The notes beneath the pieces are model-generated. The model was not told the origin of the DNA and searched no databases. It saw nothing but the letters and a program-made list of their open reading frames with translations. Both the position numbers and the translations under genes were made by a program. This document shows, in pieces, positions 1 to 10,759 of a stretch of DNA of 32,000 bases. The first letter of the stretch is position 1. Every line of letters begins with the position of its first letter. Source of the stretch: Zygophlyctis sp. KS116 (lineage: Eukaryota > Fungi > Chytridiomycota); assembly GCA_054661495.1 (NCBI GenBank), contig BAAFSQ010000051.1:1-32000 (forward strand), read 5' to 3'.

Positions 1-150
1 GTATTATTCTTATCGGATTCCATTTTAGAAATTGTTGCTGCTTCAGAGGCAGGATTACATGTTTGTAGAGTAGATCGCGAATCTATTTTTAACGCAGGGA
101 ATGTAATCAATAACTTTAATGAATTAAGAGTCTGCAAGTCTGGGACTTGA
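1..150 (+). CDS. UTR4: 3' end (partial) of an enolase-phosphatase E1 / HAD hydrolase (UTR4/ENOPH1/MtnC-like, methionine salvage)
   Basis: Frame 1 is open from base 1 to TGA at 148-150: VLFLSDSILEIVAASEAGLHVCRVDR...INNFNEL. This matches the LFLSD...E..AA..AG C-terminal HAD motif of enolase-phosphatase E1. Not in the ORF track. Confidence 0.6.
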   Translation, partial: VLFLSDSILEIVAASEAGLHVCRVDRESIFNAGNVINNFNELRVCKSGT

Positions 151-176
151 AATTTAGAACTGGAATTTTGTTTTAA

Positions 177-238
177 GATTTGTCCGAAATTCGTCCATTG
201 ATTCGTCCGTAAATTGTCGATTCGTCCGTAAATTGTCC
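177..238. repeat. Short tandem repeat in the helicase promoter (19-bp unit GATTCGTCCGTAAATTGTC x2 plus a degenerate copy)
   Basis: Exact 19-mers at 200-218 and 219-237, a degenerate copy at 177-199, and six TYGTCS cores ending 11 bp before ATG 250. Confidence 0.8.
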
Positions 239-249
239 TTTTTAAAAAA

Positions 250-3200
250 ATGGAATCGATAGCAAATGATAACTTTCTAACAAGAGTCTTGAGTTGGAAT
301 AAACAGGACTATATGAATGAAGGATTCTATAAAAATAGAATTCAAAAAATATCAAAGCGATTCAAGACCAAAGAAGAATATTATGAATCTTTTATTTTAC
401 CATTTTATGATGATGTCAAATGCATGATTGCTGCGGAATGGAAATCTTTAGGAACCAAATCGCAATTTATTACCGGTGAAATCGTAGTTTTGAATGTTTC
501 AGTCTCGATGCATGGATCATTTATAAAGGTGTCTTCTGATATTGATTATACTAAAATATTTGTGGATGATTTAGTCTATTTGACAATAAGTGACTCGTTT
601 TATCTAAATGATTCTGATCAAAATTATCTAATCTGTTATGTGTCTGCTATAGTTAAAGAAACGATGGAAAATTCATTTATTAGCTCTAAAAATACTAGTA
701 AAAAGAATTATGTTTTACAGACTATATTGTCTAAAAATATGCCAGAGTATGATTTACTCAATGACTCTAAAGTTCAATGGAAAATTGCTAAAATTGCGTC
801 TATTACAAGTTGTCTTCGGATAGATTATGCATTGTCTAAAAAAGTGGATTTTGAAATATTGCAAAGTATAATGGATCCAAAAAGGATTCATGTAAAAGTA
901 GAAAAAGAGAAATTTAATGCGCTAAAAAGGAAATTAGAGCAAATTACGATAAAAACAGGTTCTCTTTTGAATGAATATCAAAAAGATGCTATTATTAATG
1001 CAGTAAGTGATCAAGTAAACTGATAAATAGGTACATAATGCAGAAAATAGTCTTATAAAGTCTCCTTATTTACTTCGTGGGCCTCCAGGGACTGGTAAAA
1101 CTCATACTATAGTTCATTTAATAATTTTGTTGTTTCAAAATGAAATTTTAGTACATCAAACTGCTCCTACAAATATCGCTTTGGCAGAAGTAGCTAAAAG
1201 ACTAGTACAAGTTGTTCAAAAATCAGATCTAGTTAGAATTAAGGATATATTGTTGGTTGGTAATGCTGATAAGGTTATGCGAGATCCAAATATTTCTGCT
1301 ATCTTTTTAGAAGATCGTATTGGACGTATTGAAGAGAGTTTTACAGGATATTTTGAAACTTGGAAGAATCTCAGAGATATAATACAAGATACTAGGGAAT
1401 ATTTTGTACACGATCCATCTACAGTTGGGAAACCTCCTGACAAGGATTCCTTACTCAAGTATTTAAGAGAACATGCTCTTGAGATGATCCAGGATATAAC
1501 TAAATTTATCACTACTATTGTGACTGAAGTTCCAGATAAATTACTAGATCAAATATCTGGAATATGTAGTGTTCAAGGCTACTATGAAGCTCTAAAAAGT
1601 TATATAATTAAATCGGTTGATTTGAATGAAGTCAGACAGGGCTTTTCTATTGTGAAGGATTTTCTGATTCTTAAGTCACCATTTTCATTTAAAGACAATT
1701 ATAGAAAGTCTATCAAAATGCTAAAGTTGGAAATAATGGAAAATGCACGTATACTTTTTACTACAGTGAATGTTGCAGGTAGACCTCTGATGATTTCATG
1801 TATTGCCGAAAAAAAGTATGCTGTAATTACTGATGAGGGTAATTTATTTCTAACTTAAATTAAGCAACTCAAGTCACAGAGGCAGAGATGACAATTCTTT
1901 ATGGGACTCACGTGTCTTCATTAATTTTAATTGGAGACGAAAAACAATTATGGGCAACTGTATTATCTTTAGATGCAAATAAAGCAGGATATGGTCGATC
2001 ACTATTTGCCAGACTAGTTGAATTGGATTATCCTTGCGACGAATTAAAAATCCAATATCGAATGAAGGCAGATATTGCTAAATTTCCATCAGATCGATTT
2101 TACAATGGTGAACTTAAGAATGGTTCTAATGTTGACACTTATGAAAAGCCTTGGTATTCAACCGATTGTATCAATAACGGACCCTTGGTATTTTTTGATA
2201 TCGACGGAAAGGAAGAACTTTCTGAGGAATTCAGCTACTTTAATCAAGTAGAGATCGATGTAATACGAAAATTGCTTATCGATTTTATCAAAAGATTCCC
2301 CATGGAACCTATATCCATAGGTGTCATTTCTGGCTATTCCCGTCAAGTTCATGGATTACAAGAAATGATTACAGGATTAGCAGCTGAAAATCAAAGAATT
2401 CAAGATGGGGCAGATCATTTAGTTTCCAGTCAGTATCCAGTCACAATAAAAGCTAAAACTGTGGATGGATTTCAGGGCCAAGAAATGGACATCATTATTT
2501 TTAGCACAGTTCGAAGTAATTCAGCTGGTCAAATAGGGTTTCTAAATAATCAAAGAAGATTGAATGTCGCCATAACTCGTCCTAAATATTCACTGTGGAT
2601 TGTGGGGTCGTCAAACACTTTAAAGAATAACATCTTAATGAATGTTTGGATTGATCACATCAAGAATCATGGGATTTTTATCAAGTGTAAGAATGAATCT
2701 TACTTTTCGGATATATGTGCTAGTGGGAAAATGTCTGAATCAATTCACAGCATAATACTTGATAAGGAGCTACAAAACTGTATCTGGAAAATAGAGTTTT
2801 CCGACAAATGCCGAAAAGTTTTCATGAAAATACCAATTGATGAACTAAGGAAAGTTTTACAGAGAATCTTTGATGTTTTTAGCGGTGGATATTCGAAAAA
2901 ATACATAACAGGATATAGCTACAAAGGTATAAAGAATTTCATACGTATCATTCGATTTGACACAAAGATTATTCTATGGACAGTATCTATCAATGTCGAA
3001 TTTGGTTGCCAGTCTATTAAACTTTGGGATTTGTGTGATTCTAGCAATGTTGATCGGATGAAAAGGCTAATCGCAAACTCTTTAAATCAATATTCCGAGA
3101 ACTATATTAAGCTTAGTAGCAGGATATTCAATGAGGATAGCTTGAAGATTGTGCCTGAATCAATACAGTATATTGATGAAAAATCATGGATAAGAAAATC

Positions 3201-6200
3201 AAGATCTTCTCATGCTGATAATGAAGATTTTCATGAGACTAGTATTGATCTGATAAAAACGTATTCTCTTTCTTCAAATGTATATGAACATATGATGGAT
3301 AAAACGTTTGCTGATTTTGAATGGGATTTTACACTTAGTCCGCAGGAGAATAACCTTATAAAAGAAGGAAGGAGTCTTTTTATTTTGGGGCGTAGTGGAA
3401 CCGGAAAGGTAGTATTTCATTTTCTTATGTACTAGACCACCATAGCAGTTAGAAAAATGATTCATTTACATGAGTCTCTTTTGAAAAACAATTTTGAAGC
3501 AGCCTTTAGGCAGCTATATGTGACATCATCTAGAAGGCTTGCCGATTCTGTTCACGCTGAGTTCACTAAATTTATGAAAGGAAGGGGTGTAGAAGTCGAA
3601 GCTTATAATGTAGCAACATTAATTTCTATTGATAAAACTAAAGACATTTCATCAATGATGTTTTCATTTTTAGATCTTCTACTACTCCTGGATAGATGCT
3701 CAAAAGACTCTTTTTTCAGACACGAAGTTACTAGTTCTGATAGATATATGCGAGAGACTGATTCAAAGTTGAAGAAAGATGGATTTCAAGTTGATTTGGG
3801 TATAGTAGACTCAAAAATATTTCAAATATTTTATTACCCACACTTAAGTCAGGAAATAAGAAAACTTGCCGATGGACTCACTTTATGGACGGAATTTTTT
3901 TCAATTATAAAGGGATCTGATCCTGATAAACTAACTAATGGCAGACTTTCCTTAGAAAGTTATGTTTGTTTGGCGTCGTCCAGAACTTCATTTTTTTCAG
4001 AAACGGAGCGAACAACAATTTATACTGGGTATCTTCGTTATGAAGCAATCAAGTACGAACGGAATGAATGGGACATTATGGATTTTTGTCATCATGTGTC
4101 TGATAAGTTGCTCCAAAAGTGCCCTATTAAGTTTGAAAAAATTTATATCGATGAAGTACAAGATCTTAATATGTTTCAAGTCTCATTATTCAGCCTTTTA
4201 GGCTGTCACAAAGATTCTTTTATATTTGGAGGAGATACTGCTCAGGTATAATACGTTAAATTTATTTTTAGACCATTGCCAGTGGTGTATCCTTCAGATT
4301 TGAAAACATCAGAGCTCTTTTCTATAATTCATTTTTGCCATCGCTCGGAGCTCCTCAAAATTCTTTAGCCGTTTCTCCTCTACATAATTTGACGGTTAAT
4401 TACAGGTCACATAATGGAATTCTCTCTCTCGCCCAAATAGTAGTTGATATAATTATCTACTTTTTCCCCCATGGAATAGATAAGCTAGATCCAGAAGTTG
4501 GTCTTATTAGTGGCTCCAAGCCTATATTTGTGAATTGTGCACTGGGTGAATTGCTTTCGGCGATATTTATGGCAAAAAATGATAGTAAGCAATTCTCTTT
4601 TAGCGCGAACCAAGTCATTATTGTTAGAGATCCTGAAACAAAGATGGAAGTAGAAAAGCTAACTCAAGAAAGGGCATTAGTACTCACTATTTCTGAATCA
4701 AAGGGGCTCGAATTTGATTTCGTAATCCTATATGACTTTTTCTCTGCATCTGCATTTGATTCATGGAGAGTACTTTTTGGATATACAGGGGATTACGATG
4801 GAGCATTTACAAAATTTGATTATCGGAAGCATCGACTGCTGGAAGCTGAATTAAAAATGCTTTACGTAGCTATAACAAGAGCCAAATCAACTTTATGGTT
4901 CGTGGAATCTAGTGATTGCTTAAAATCGGATCCGATGGTTTTTTTCTGGGGAGAAAGCTTACGATCAATGTCCCTCTTGAATGTGGTCCAGGAGGTTGCT
5001 GAAAATTCTGATTCTTTTAGCACCTATAGCACAGATTCAGATTGGATTAAAAAAGCGGATAGTTTATTCGAAAAGAATCTTTTTAAAGAAGCCAGAAGAT
5101 TTTATATAAATGGAAACTGCATGTGGAAAGCCATTCTAATGGATGCTTTGTATTTACGTGAAGAGGCATTGAAGATGACTGGTAACGTAGCAAAGAAATT
5201 CTATATTGATGCAGCGAAATCTTTTGCCAAAATTAAGAAATGGAAAGAAAGCGGAGACAGCTATTTTGAAGCAAAAGAGTACAAATTAGCTGCTGAATCA
5301 TTTCTTAAGCTGTCGGATAATGATATGCTTTTAAATTCTATTATTATGTGCTATCTGGGACGATTCTCTAGTCTTTGTCTTGAAATATTGGAAAAAAGAA
5401 AATTTGCGTTTGGAGATCATGATGCCGACGACGCTAATAATATTACGAAAAGAAAAAAAGATGATATATGCAAGAAATTCGCTCTTTACGAATATGAATC
5501 TGGTCACATGCGACAGTTTGAAATTTTCTTATGGCATATCGAAAGCGTCGATGAGCGAAGAAGGCTGCTAAAACGTTATAATCAGTATGATTTGTTACTG
5601 AAATTGGAAAGATCTTACTACGATTCCCTTGGGATAGTAAGCGCTTTTTTGCCTGTGGCATACAGATCAAAGCGTGATTTCCAAAACGCTGCAGTGTTTT
5701 TTGGTCTCTTAGGTGACTTGAATTCTCAAGCAGAGTGCCTTTTGACACTTTTAAGACAGCATATAGTTTTGTACTGGCTGAAGGCTACGACAGTTCAAGA
5801 ATACTTTTCTGATTCTGTTTCTGATTCTCCACTGGATGAATCGCATTTGCCGATATTTATCTGTCTTGACTCCCTGGAAAAGGAAAAATTACCTACTAAA
5901 ATATCTTTAGAGATAGAGTTGTGGGGGGAATTTTTTAATCAAAACAGCTTAGACAGATATTTAAAAATGTATGAATCTAAGAGATTTTCCTGTTGCTTGT
6001 ATCTCCAGATGCTTCTATCGGTATTTATTGCATGCCGGGCCAACAAAGAGACAATTGACTTAAATCAATGGGTAAAAACTGGTTTAGATGTAATTTCATC
6101 ATTTCAAACAAATTTTCTTGTATTAATGAGTCAGCTAAATGACTACATAAAACCTGGAGCACATATGGATAATATAAAGGCCTTTTTTGTGATTGAGCAA

Positions 6201-8411
6201 AGTAAAACATCAGAAGAAATATTTTGTTCTAGAACCGAGGGGATTCCAATAAAAGACATTTGGAAAGACGCACGTAAATCTGCAATTTCATCAGAGGCTT
6301 TGGTCGAACTAAAGGAAAAAAGTAAGGAGGCGTTCTTCAGCTCTCTTCGAATATGGTTTCAACTATTTCGCAACCAAATTCTACTGAATAAACCGGCCCC
6401 GTTATTAGAAACAATCACGAATTCAGAATCACACATTGACTACTCCGAGTCAACTAAAAGGGAACTCATCACGTATGTTACATTTACTCGGCTGTTGAAA
6501 CAGTGGGATGATCATGGAAACAAACTGCAAAAAGTATTTCTCTCGATTGTAAATCAGTTGATAAATTCTCTTCGACCATCAATAAATTTTGTCCCAGCTA
6601 TCGTAGCAAAAACTCGTCAATCACTACTAGGAAAGGAAGTAGTTGAGGTATGGATTTAAAGTGCCTAATTTTAGTGCTGCAGATTTAAAGCTTTTGAAGA
6701 TTTGAAAAAGGAAAATATTTTCGGGTTGATCAAAAATATGATATTGCAGTACCGTTTCGCTAATAAGGAAAGTTTCCAAAATACTTCTGACAATGATTTA
6801 ATTGGATTTTTCAGAAATGTTGCAGCTCTTGGACGCAATCCCGATGAAAATAGTCTCGTTTGTAGCTTCCAACCATTTATTCAAAAGATAACTTTGGAAG
6901 ATATGTTTAAATTCTCTCGATCTTTAGCAGAATTAGCCGATAAAAATGACCAAAAACTTATCCGATACATCTTATTGTCTTTGAATGCCCGTAATTTCCC
7001 GAACGAATTATTTTCTGATTTGATATATGTTCGAGAAGACATACTACTTTTAAGAGAGTCAATTCTTTGGGATCTTTCACCACCTATTTACGATCAAGTA
7101 TCGCCTCTTTTATATTCAATGCAAGGAGGAATCACCTTTCTCAAAACGAGAAACGCAGGCCTCAATATAACTTGGAACGATTATATATCACTGATTGAGC
7201 GAATGACCTATCTGATTATAATTGTCGAATTCAAGCTTAACAATATTAAGATCACCGACCATATTTTTTTTGGCGCTTACGTTGATTATTGGCGATCCAT
7301 TTGGGTGTACTGCAATGGACAAACTAGGTACAATATTTGGAATTCTGCGGCTGAACTTGCTAGATTGATTTTATTGGTACTGACACAAAGATTTGTTTAT
7401 CTGTGCCATGAATCCAAAGGGAAAGTAGACAATATTGTGGTTGCTGAAATAACCTTGCGATTCCTGAAATTATACCTACATTTGTGCAACCATTTTCATT
7501 CTAAATACATGGTCGGCCGCTGTCCTCTTCACCGAATGCTAGTGTCTGAACGCCTTAAAATTTACCAAACTCTAATGACTGCCAAACAAAACAGCTATAT
7601 TTTGAATATTGCGCAAAAGTTCAAAAGTTTGATTATTGAAAATACCAAAGACGGAATAATTGAATTTTTTAGATACTTTAGAGATGACTTGTTTATTCTA
7701 TCTTTAAAAAATGAAGGCTGGAAACCTTGGATGACACCATATTCTCGATTTATTGTTGATGACGATTTTCAATTAGTTCAAATATTTGAAAAGGATGCAA
7801 ATTCTGAATCTATTGAAGATGAGGCTGTAGAAGAAGTTGAAATTGAATCTATTACAAATAATCGTGTTGAAGAAATGGTAGCAGCAGAATTACTTTTATC
7901 TAGCAGGATTATTCAAAAAATGCGAGACTGGGCTGATATGTCTAAAGTAGAACTTCATAAATTTTCTAAAGTTTCTTCACTACCGTTATGGGACAAGACA
8001 CGAATTGAAACAGAAGCTCGCTATTTCTTCAAACGAAGTCATTTTAATCTTGAATCAAGTATTATTGAAAAATACTTGACAGAATCGCTAGATTTGCTAT
8101 CTAGAATCTATACTGACTTGAATAGCTTGAATATATTATTGAAATCCTTGAAATTAAACAAGATCAAGCAAGAATTTGAAGATGTTCATGAATTTATTGA
8201 TCTTTTACATGAATATCACGATTTACTCTCTGATCAACTTTCAAATCTACGTTTGGAAAAATCATTTCTAGAGTCTGATATGAATCTACAAGTCAAAAAA
8301 ATTTGGAAAAATATTAATGGTTTTTGTGATTCTCATGATGCAAGGAAAAGGATCAATAATGGACTAGAGAAAATTGAGAAAAACAAGGCTATCAAAAAGA
8401 AAAAGCGATAA
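250..8411 (+). CDS. Giant double SF1 helicase: SEN1/Upf1-like (AAA_11/AAA_12) motor + TRANK1/UvrD-like motor + TPR-like helical C-terminus; 6 exons, ~2675 aa
   Basis: Five GT-AG introns (1003-1030, 1839-1864, 3409-3435, 4246-4271, 6648-6674) join six ORFs in frame, and three of them rebuild split motifs. Motor 1: GPPGTGKT, TAPTN, DE|ATQ, GDEKQL, QYRM, TVDGFQGQE, RRLNVAITR. Motor 2: GRSGTGK|TT, IDEVQD, GDTAQ|TIA..FRF, LTVNYRSH, SKGLEF, ELKMLYVAITRAK. TPR-like helices follow (W.KKA..LF.K.LF.EA..FY). Confidence 0.85.
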
Positions 8412-8519
8412 GATTGACTTATTTTCCCTTTGAGAGCGATCATTCACAGCTAAACCATGAGGCGCAACCTGCCGCTTAATTTCTATTTTTGGCTTGGGTC
8501 AAAGGTTGATTACTAAAAA

Positions 8520-9566
8520 ATGGAATTTAATGAATTGTTTGAGCCTTTTATTGAGGAATGGAATTTAACAGAAAGTGATATTGAAAGAGCTTCTCGATTG
8601 TATGCTCTAGACGATCGGACAGATAGAAATCCAAGCACTTTGCTGTTGTTTTTGTATGCAAAGGGGATGTTGGCAGAAGAGAAATCTATTATCCGAACTA
8701 TTGAATTTGATGATCTTTTGAATCCTGACTCAGAAGAACTAGCAAAGGCACTAGAAAGGCTTCATACAATTGTTTCAAAGGGAGAAACTCCTATAAGAAT
8801 CTCATTAGAATCAGAATCTAGCTCATTGTTTGATGATTTTGTCAAGAAACATCAAGAATGGGAAAAAGAAAAGTCTTTTGTAGTATTCAGAGACCATCCA
8901 GGCTTGAAAGGAAAAGATCATGCTCTCGTTGAACGATTCCAAACAAGTGGTCTGTGTTATATGCATGCATGTGTTGTTTTACAGCACTATTTGGTAGCTA
9001 TGAATAATGCTGAAAAAATTCCAATGCTCAACATCTCTGAATACTTGAAAAAGTATATGCCAAGAGTCAGACTTTATGAGCAAATTTGGAAAAATGAGGG
9101 TGGAGACTCATTTGACTTTCTTGAAAGTATTTTGAAGGAAAGACTAAATTCAGAAAACTTCATTTCTCTAATAAATGGATCTATCTGCGATTCAGTCCTT
9201 CCTGATCTTCTAAGTTCTTATGGACCAGCACTTATTTCTGGATTTTCGATTACTAAAGAATTTACTGGCGAGGACTGGCAGCATATTGGAAGGAACAATT
9301 ACGAAAGGTTTGAAGGGCGTCACGCAATGATTCTTGTTGGATACAGAATCGTGGATGGGAAGAATCGCTATCTCTTGCAAAATTGGTGGAAGTCTAAGCC
9401 GTATCTTGAAGTTGATGCTGAATATTTGGTGAATTCCGAAGCTATTCTCCGTTTCATTAAAAATCCACAAATGGAAATGGGTGACTATCCTTCAAATTTC
9501 GATGTTTTAGTTGAATGTGAACCAGGACTTGATGCTAGTGAAAATTTCATTCCTGAAACCCATTGA
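8520..9566 (+). CDS. Papain-like (clan CA) cysteine peptidase, copy 1; intronless, no signal peptide
   Basis: 348-aa ORF with Q141/C146 (FQTSGLCYMHA), H268 (GRHAMILVGY) and N288 (YLLQNWW), the papain-type catalytic arrangement. The N-terminus is acidic and hydrophilic. Confidence 0.85.
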   Translation: MEFNELFEPFIEEWNLTESDIERASRLYALDDRTDRNPSTLLLFLYAKGMLAEEKSIIRTIEFDDLLNPDSEELAKALERLHTIVSKGETPIRISLESESSSLFDDFVKKHQEWEKEKSFVVFRDHPGLKGKDHALVERFQTSGLCYMHACVVLQHYLVAMNNAEKIPMLNISEYLKKYMPRVRLYEQIWKNEGGDSFDFLESILKERLNSENFISLINGSICDSVLPDLLSSYGPALISGFSITKEFTGEDWQHIGRNNYERFEGRHAMILVGYRIVDGKNRYLLQNWWKSKPYLEVDAEYLVNSEAILRFIKNPQMEMGDYPSNFDVLVECEPGLDASENFIPETH

Positions 9567-9712
9567 TGAATCGCTAAAAATAAATTCTTTTGCATCCTTT
9601 GAAACGTTAGAGGCATTTGTTGTTAATTTTATGATATCTAACCAGAACCATGAGGCGCAACCTGCCGCTTAATTTCTATTTTTGGCTTGGGTCAAAGGTT
9701 GATTACTAAAAA

Positions 9713-10759
9713 ATGGAATTTAATGAATTGTTTGAGCCTTTTATTGAGGAATGGAATTTAACAGAAAGTGATATTGAAAGAGCTTCTCGATTGTATGCTC
9801 TAGACGATCGGACAGATAGAAATCCAAGCACTTTGCTGTTGTTTTTGTATGCAAAGGGGATGTTGGCAGAAGAGAAATCTATTATCCGAACTATTGAATT
9901 TGATGATCTTTTGAATCCTGACTCAGAAGAACTAGCAAAGGCACTAGAAAGGCTTCATACAATTGTTTCAAAGGGAGAAACTCCTATAAGAATCTCATTA
10001 GAATCAGAATCTAGCTCATTGTTTGATGATTTTGTCAAGAAACATCAAGAATGGGAAAAAGAAAAGTCTTTTGTAGTATTCAGAGACCATCCAGGCTTGA
10101 AAGGAAAAGATCATGCTCTCGTTGAACGATTCCAAACAAGTGGTCTGTGTTATATGCATGCATGTGTTGTTTTACAGCACTATTTGGTAGCTATGAATAA
10201 TGCTGAAAAAATTCCAATGCTCAACATCTCTGAATACTTGAAAAAGTATATGCCAAGAGTCAGACTTTATGAGCAAATTTGGAAAAATGAGGGTGGAGAC
10301 TCATTTGACTTTCTTGAAAGTATTTTGAAGGAAAGACTAAATTCAGAAAACTTCATTTCTCTAATAAATGGATCTATCTGCGATTCAGTCCTTCCTGATC
10401 TTCTAAGTTCTTATGGACCAGCACTTATTTCTGGATTTTCGATTACTAAAGAATTTACTGGCGAGGACTGGCAGCATATTGGAAGGAACAATTACGAAAG
10501 GTTTGAAGGGCGTCACGCAATGATTCTTGTTGGATACAGAATCGTGGATGGGAAGAATCGCTATCTCTTGCAAAATTGGTGGAAGTCTAAGCCGTATCTT
10601 GAAGTTGATGCTGAATATTTGGATAGTTCCAGAGCTATTCTCCGTTTCATTAAAAAGCCACAAATGGAAATGGGTGACTATCCTTCAAATTTCGATGTGT
10701 TAGTTGAATGTGAACCAGGACTTGATGCTAGTGAAAATTTCATTCCTGAAACCCATTGA
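9713..10759 (+). CDS. Papain-like cysteine peptidase, copy 2
   Basis: Same as copy 1 except V304D, N305S, E307R and N315K; catalytic residues are intact. Confidence 0.85.
   Translation: MEFNELFEPFIEEWNLTESDIERASRLYALDDRTDRNPSTLLLFLYAKGMLAEEKSIIRTIEFDDLLNPDSEELAKALERLHTIVSKGETPIRISLESESSSLFDDFVKKHQEWEKEKSFVVFRDHPGLKGKDHALVERFQTSGLCYMHACVVLQHYLVAMNNAEKIPMLNISEYLKKYMPRVRLYEQIWKNEGGDSFDFLESILKERLNSENFISLINGSICDSVLPDLLSSYGPALISGFSITKEFTGEDWQHIGRNNYERFEGRHAMILVGYRIVDGKNRYLLQNWWKSKPYLEVDAEYLDSSRAILRFIKKPQMEMGDYPSNFDVLVECEPGLDASENFIPETH

Noticed and set aside
177-238. CRISPR-like or telomeric repeat
   Set aside because: Only two exact 19-bp units, no spacers, no cas genes, and an internal position in a eukaryotic contig.
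250-8411. Six consecutive ORFs read as a bacterial-style operon, a frameshifted pseudogene or stop-codon readthrough
   Set aside because: Each break is bridged by a 26-28 nt GT-AG intron that restores the frame, and three of them rebuild split helicase motifs.
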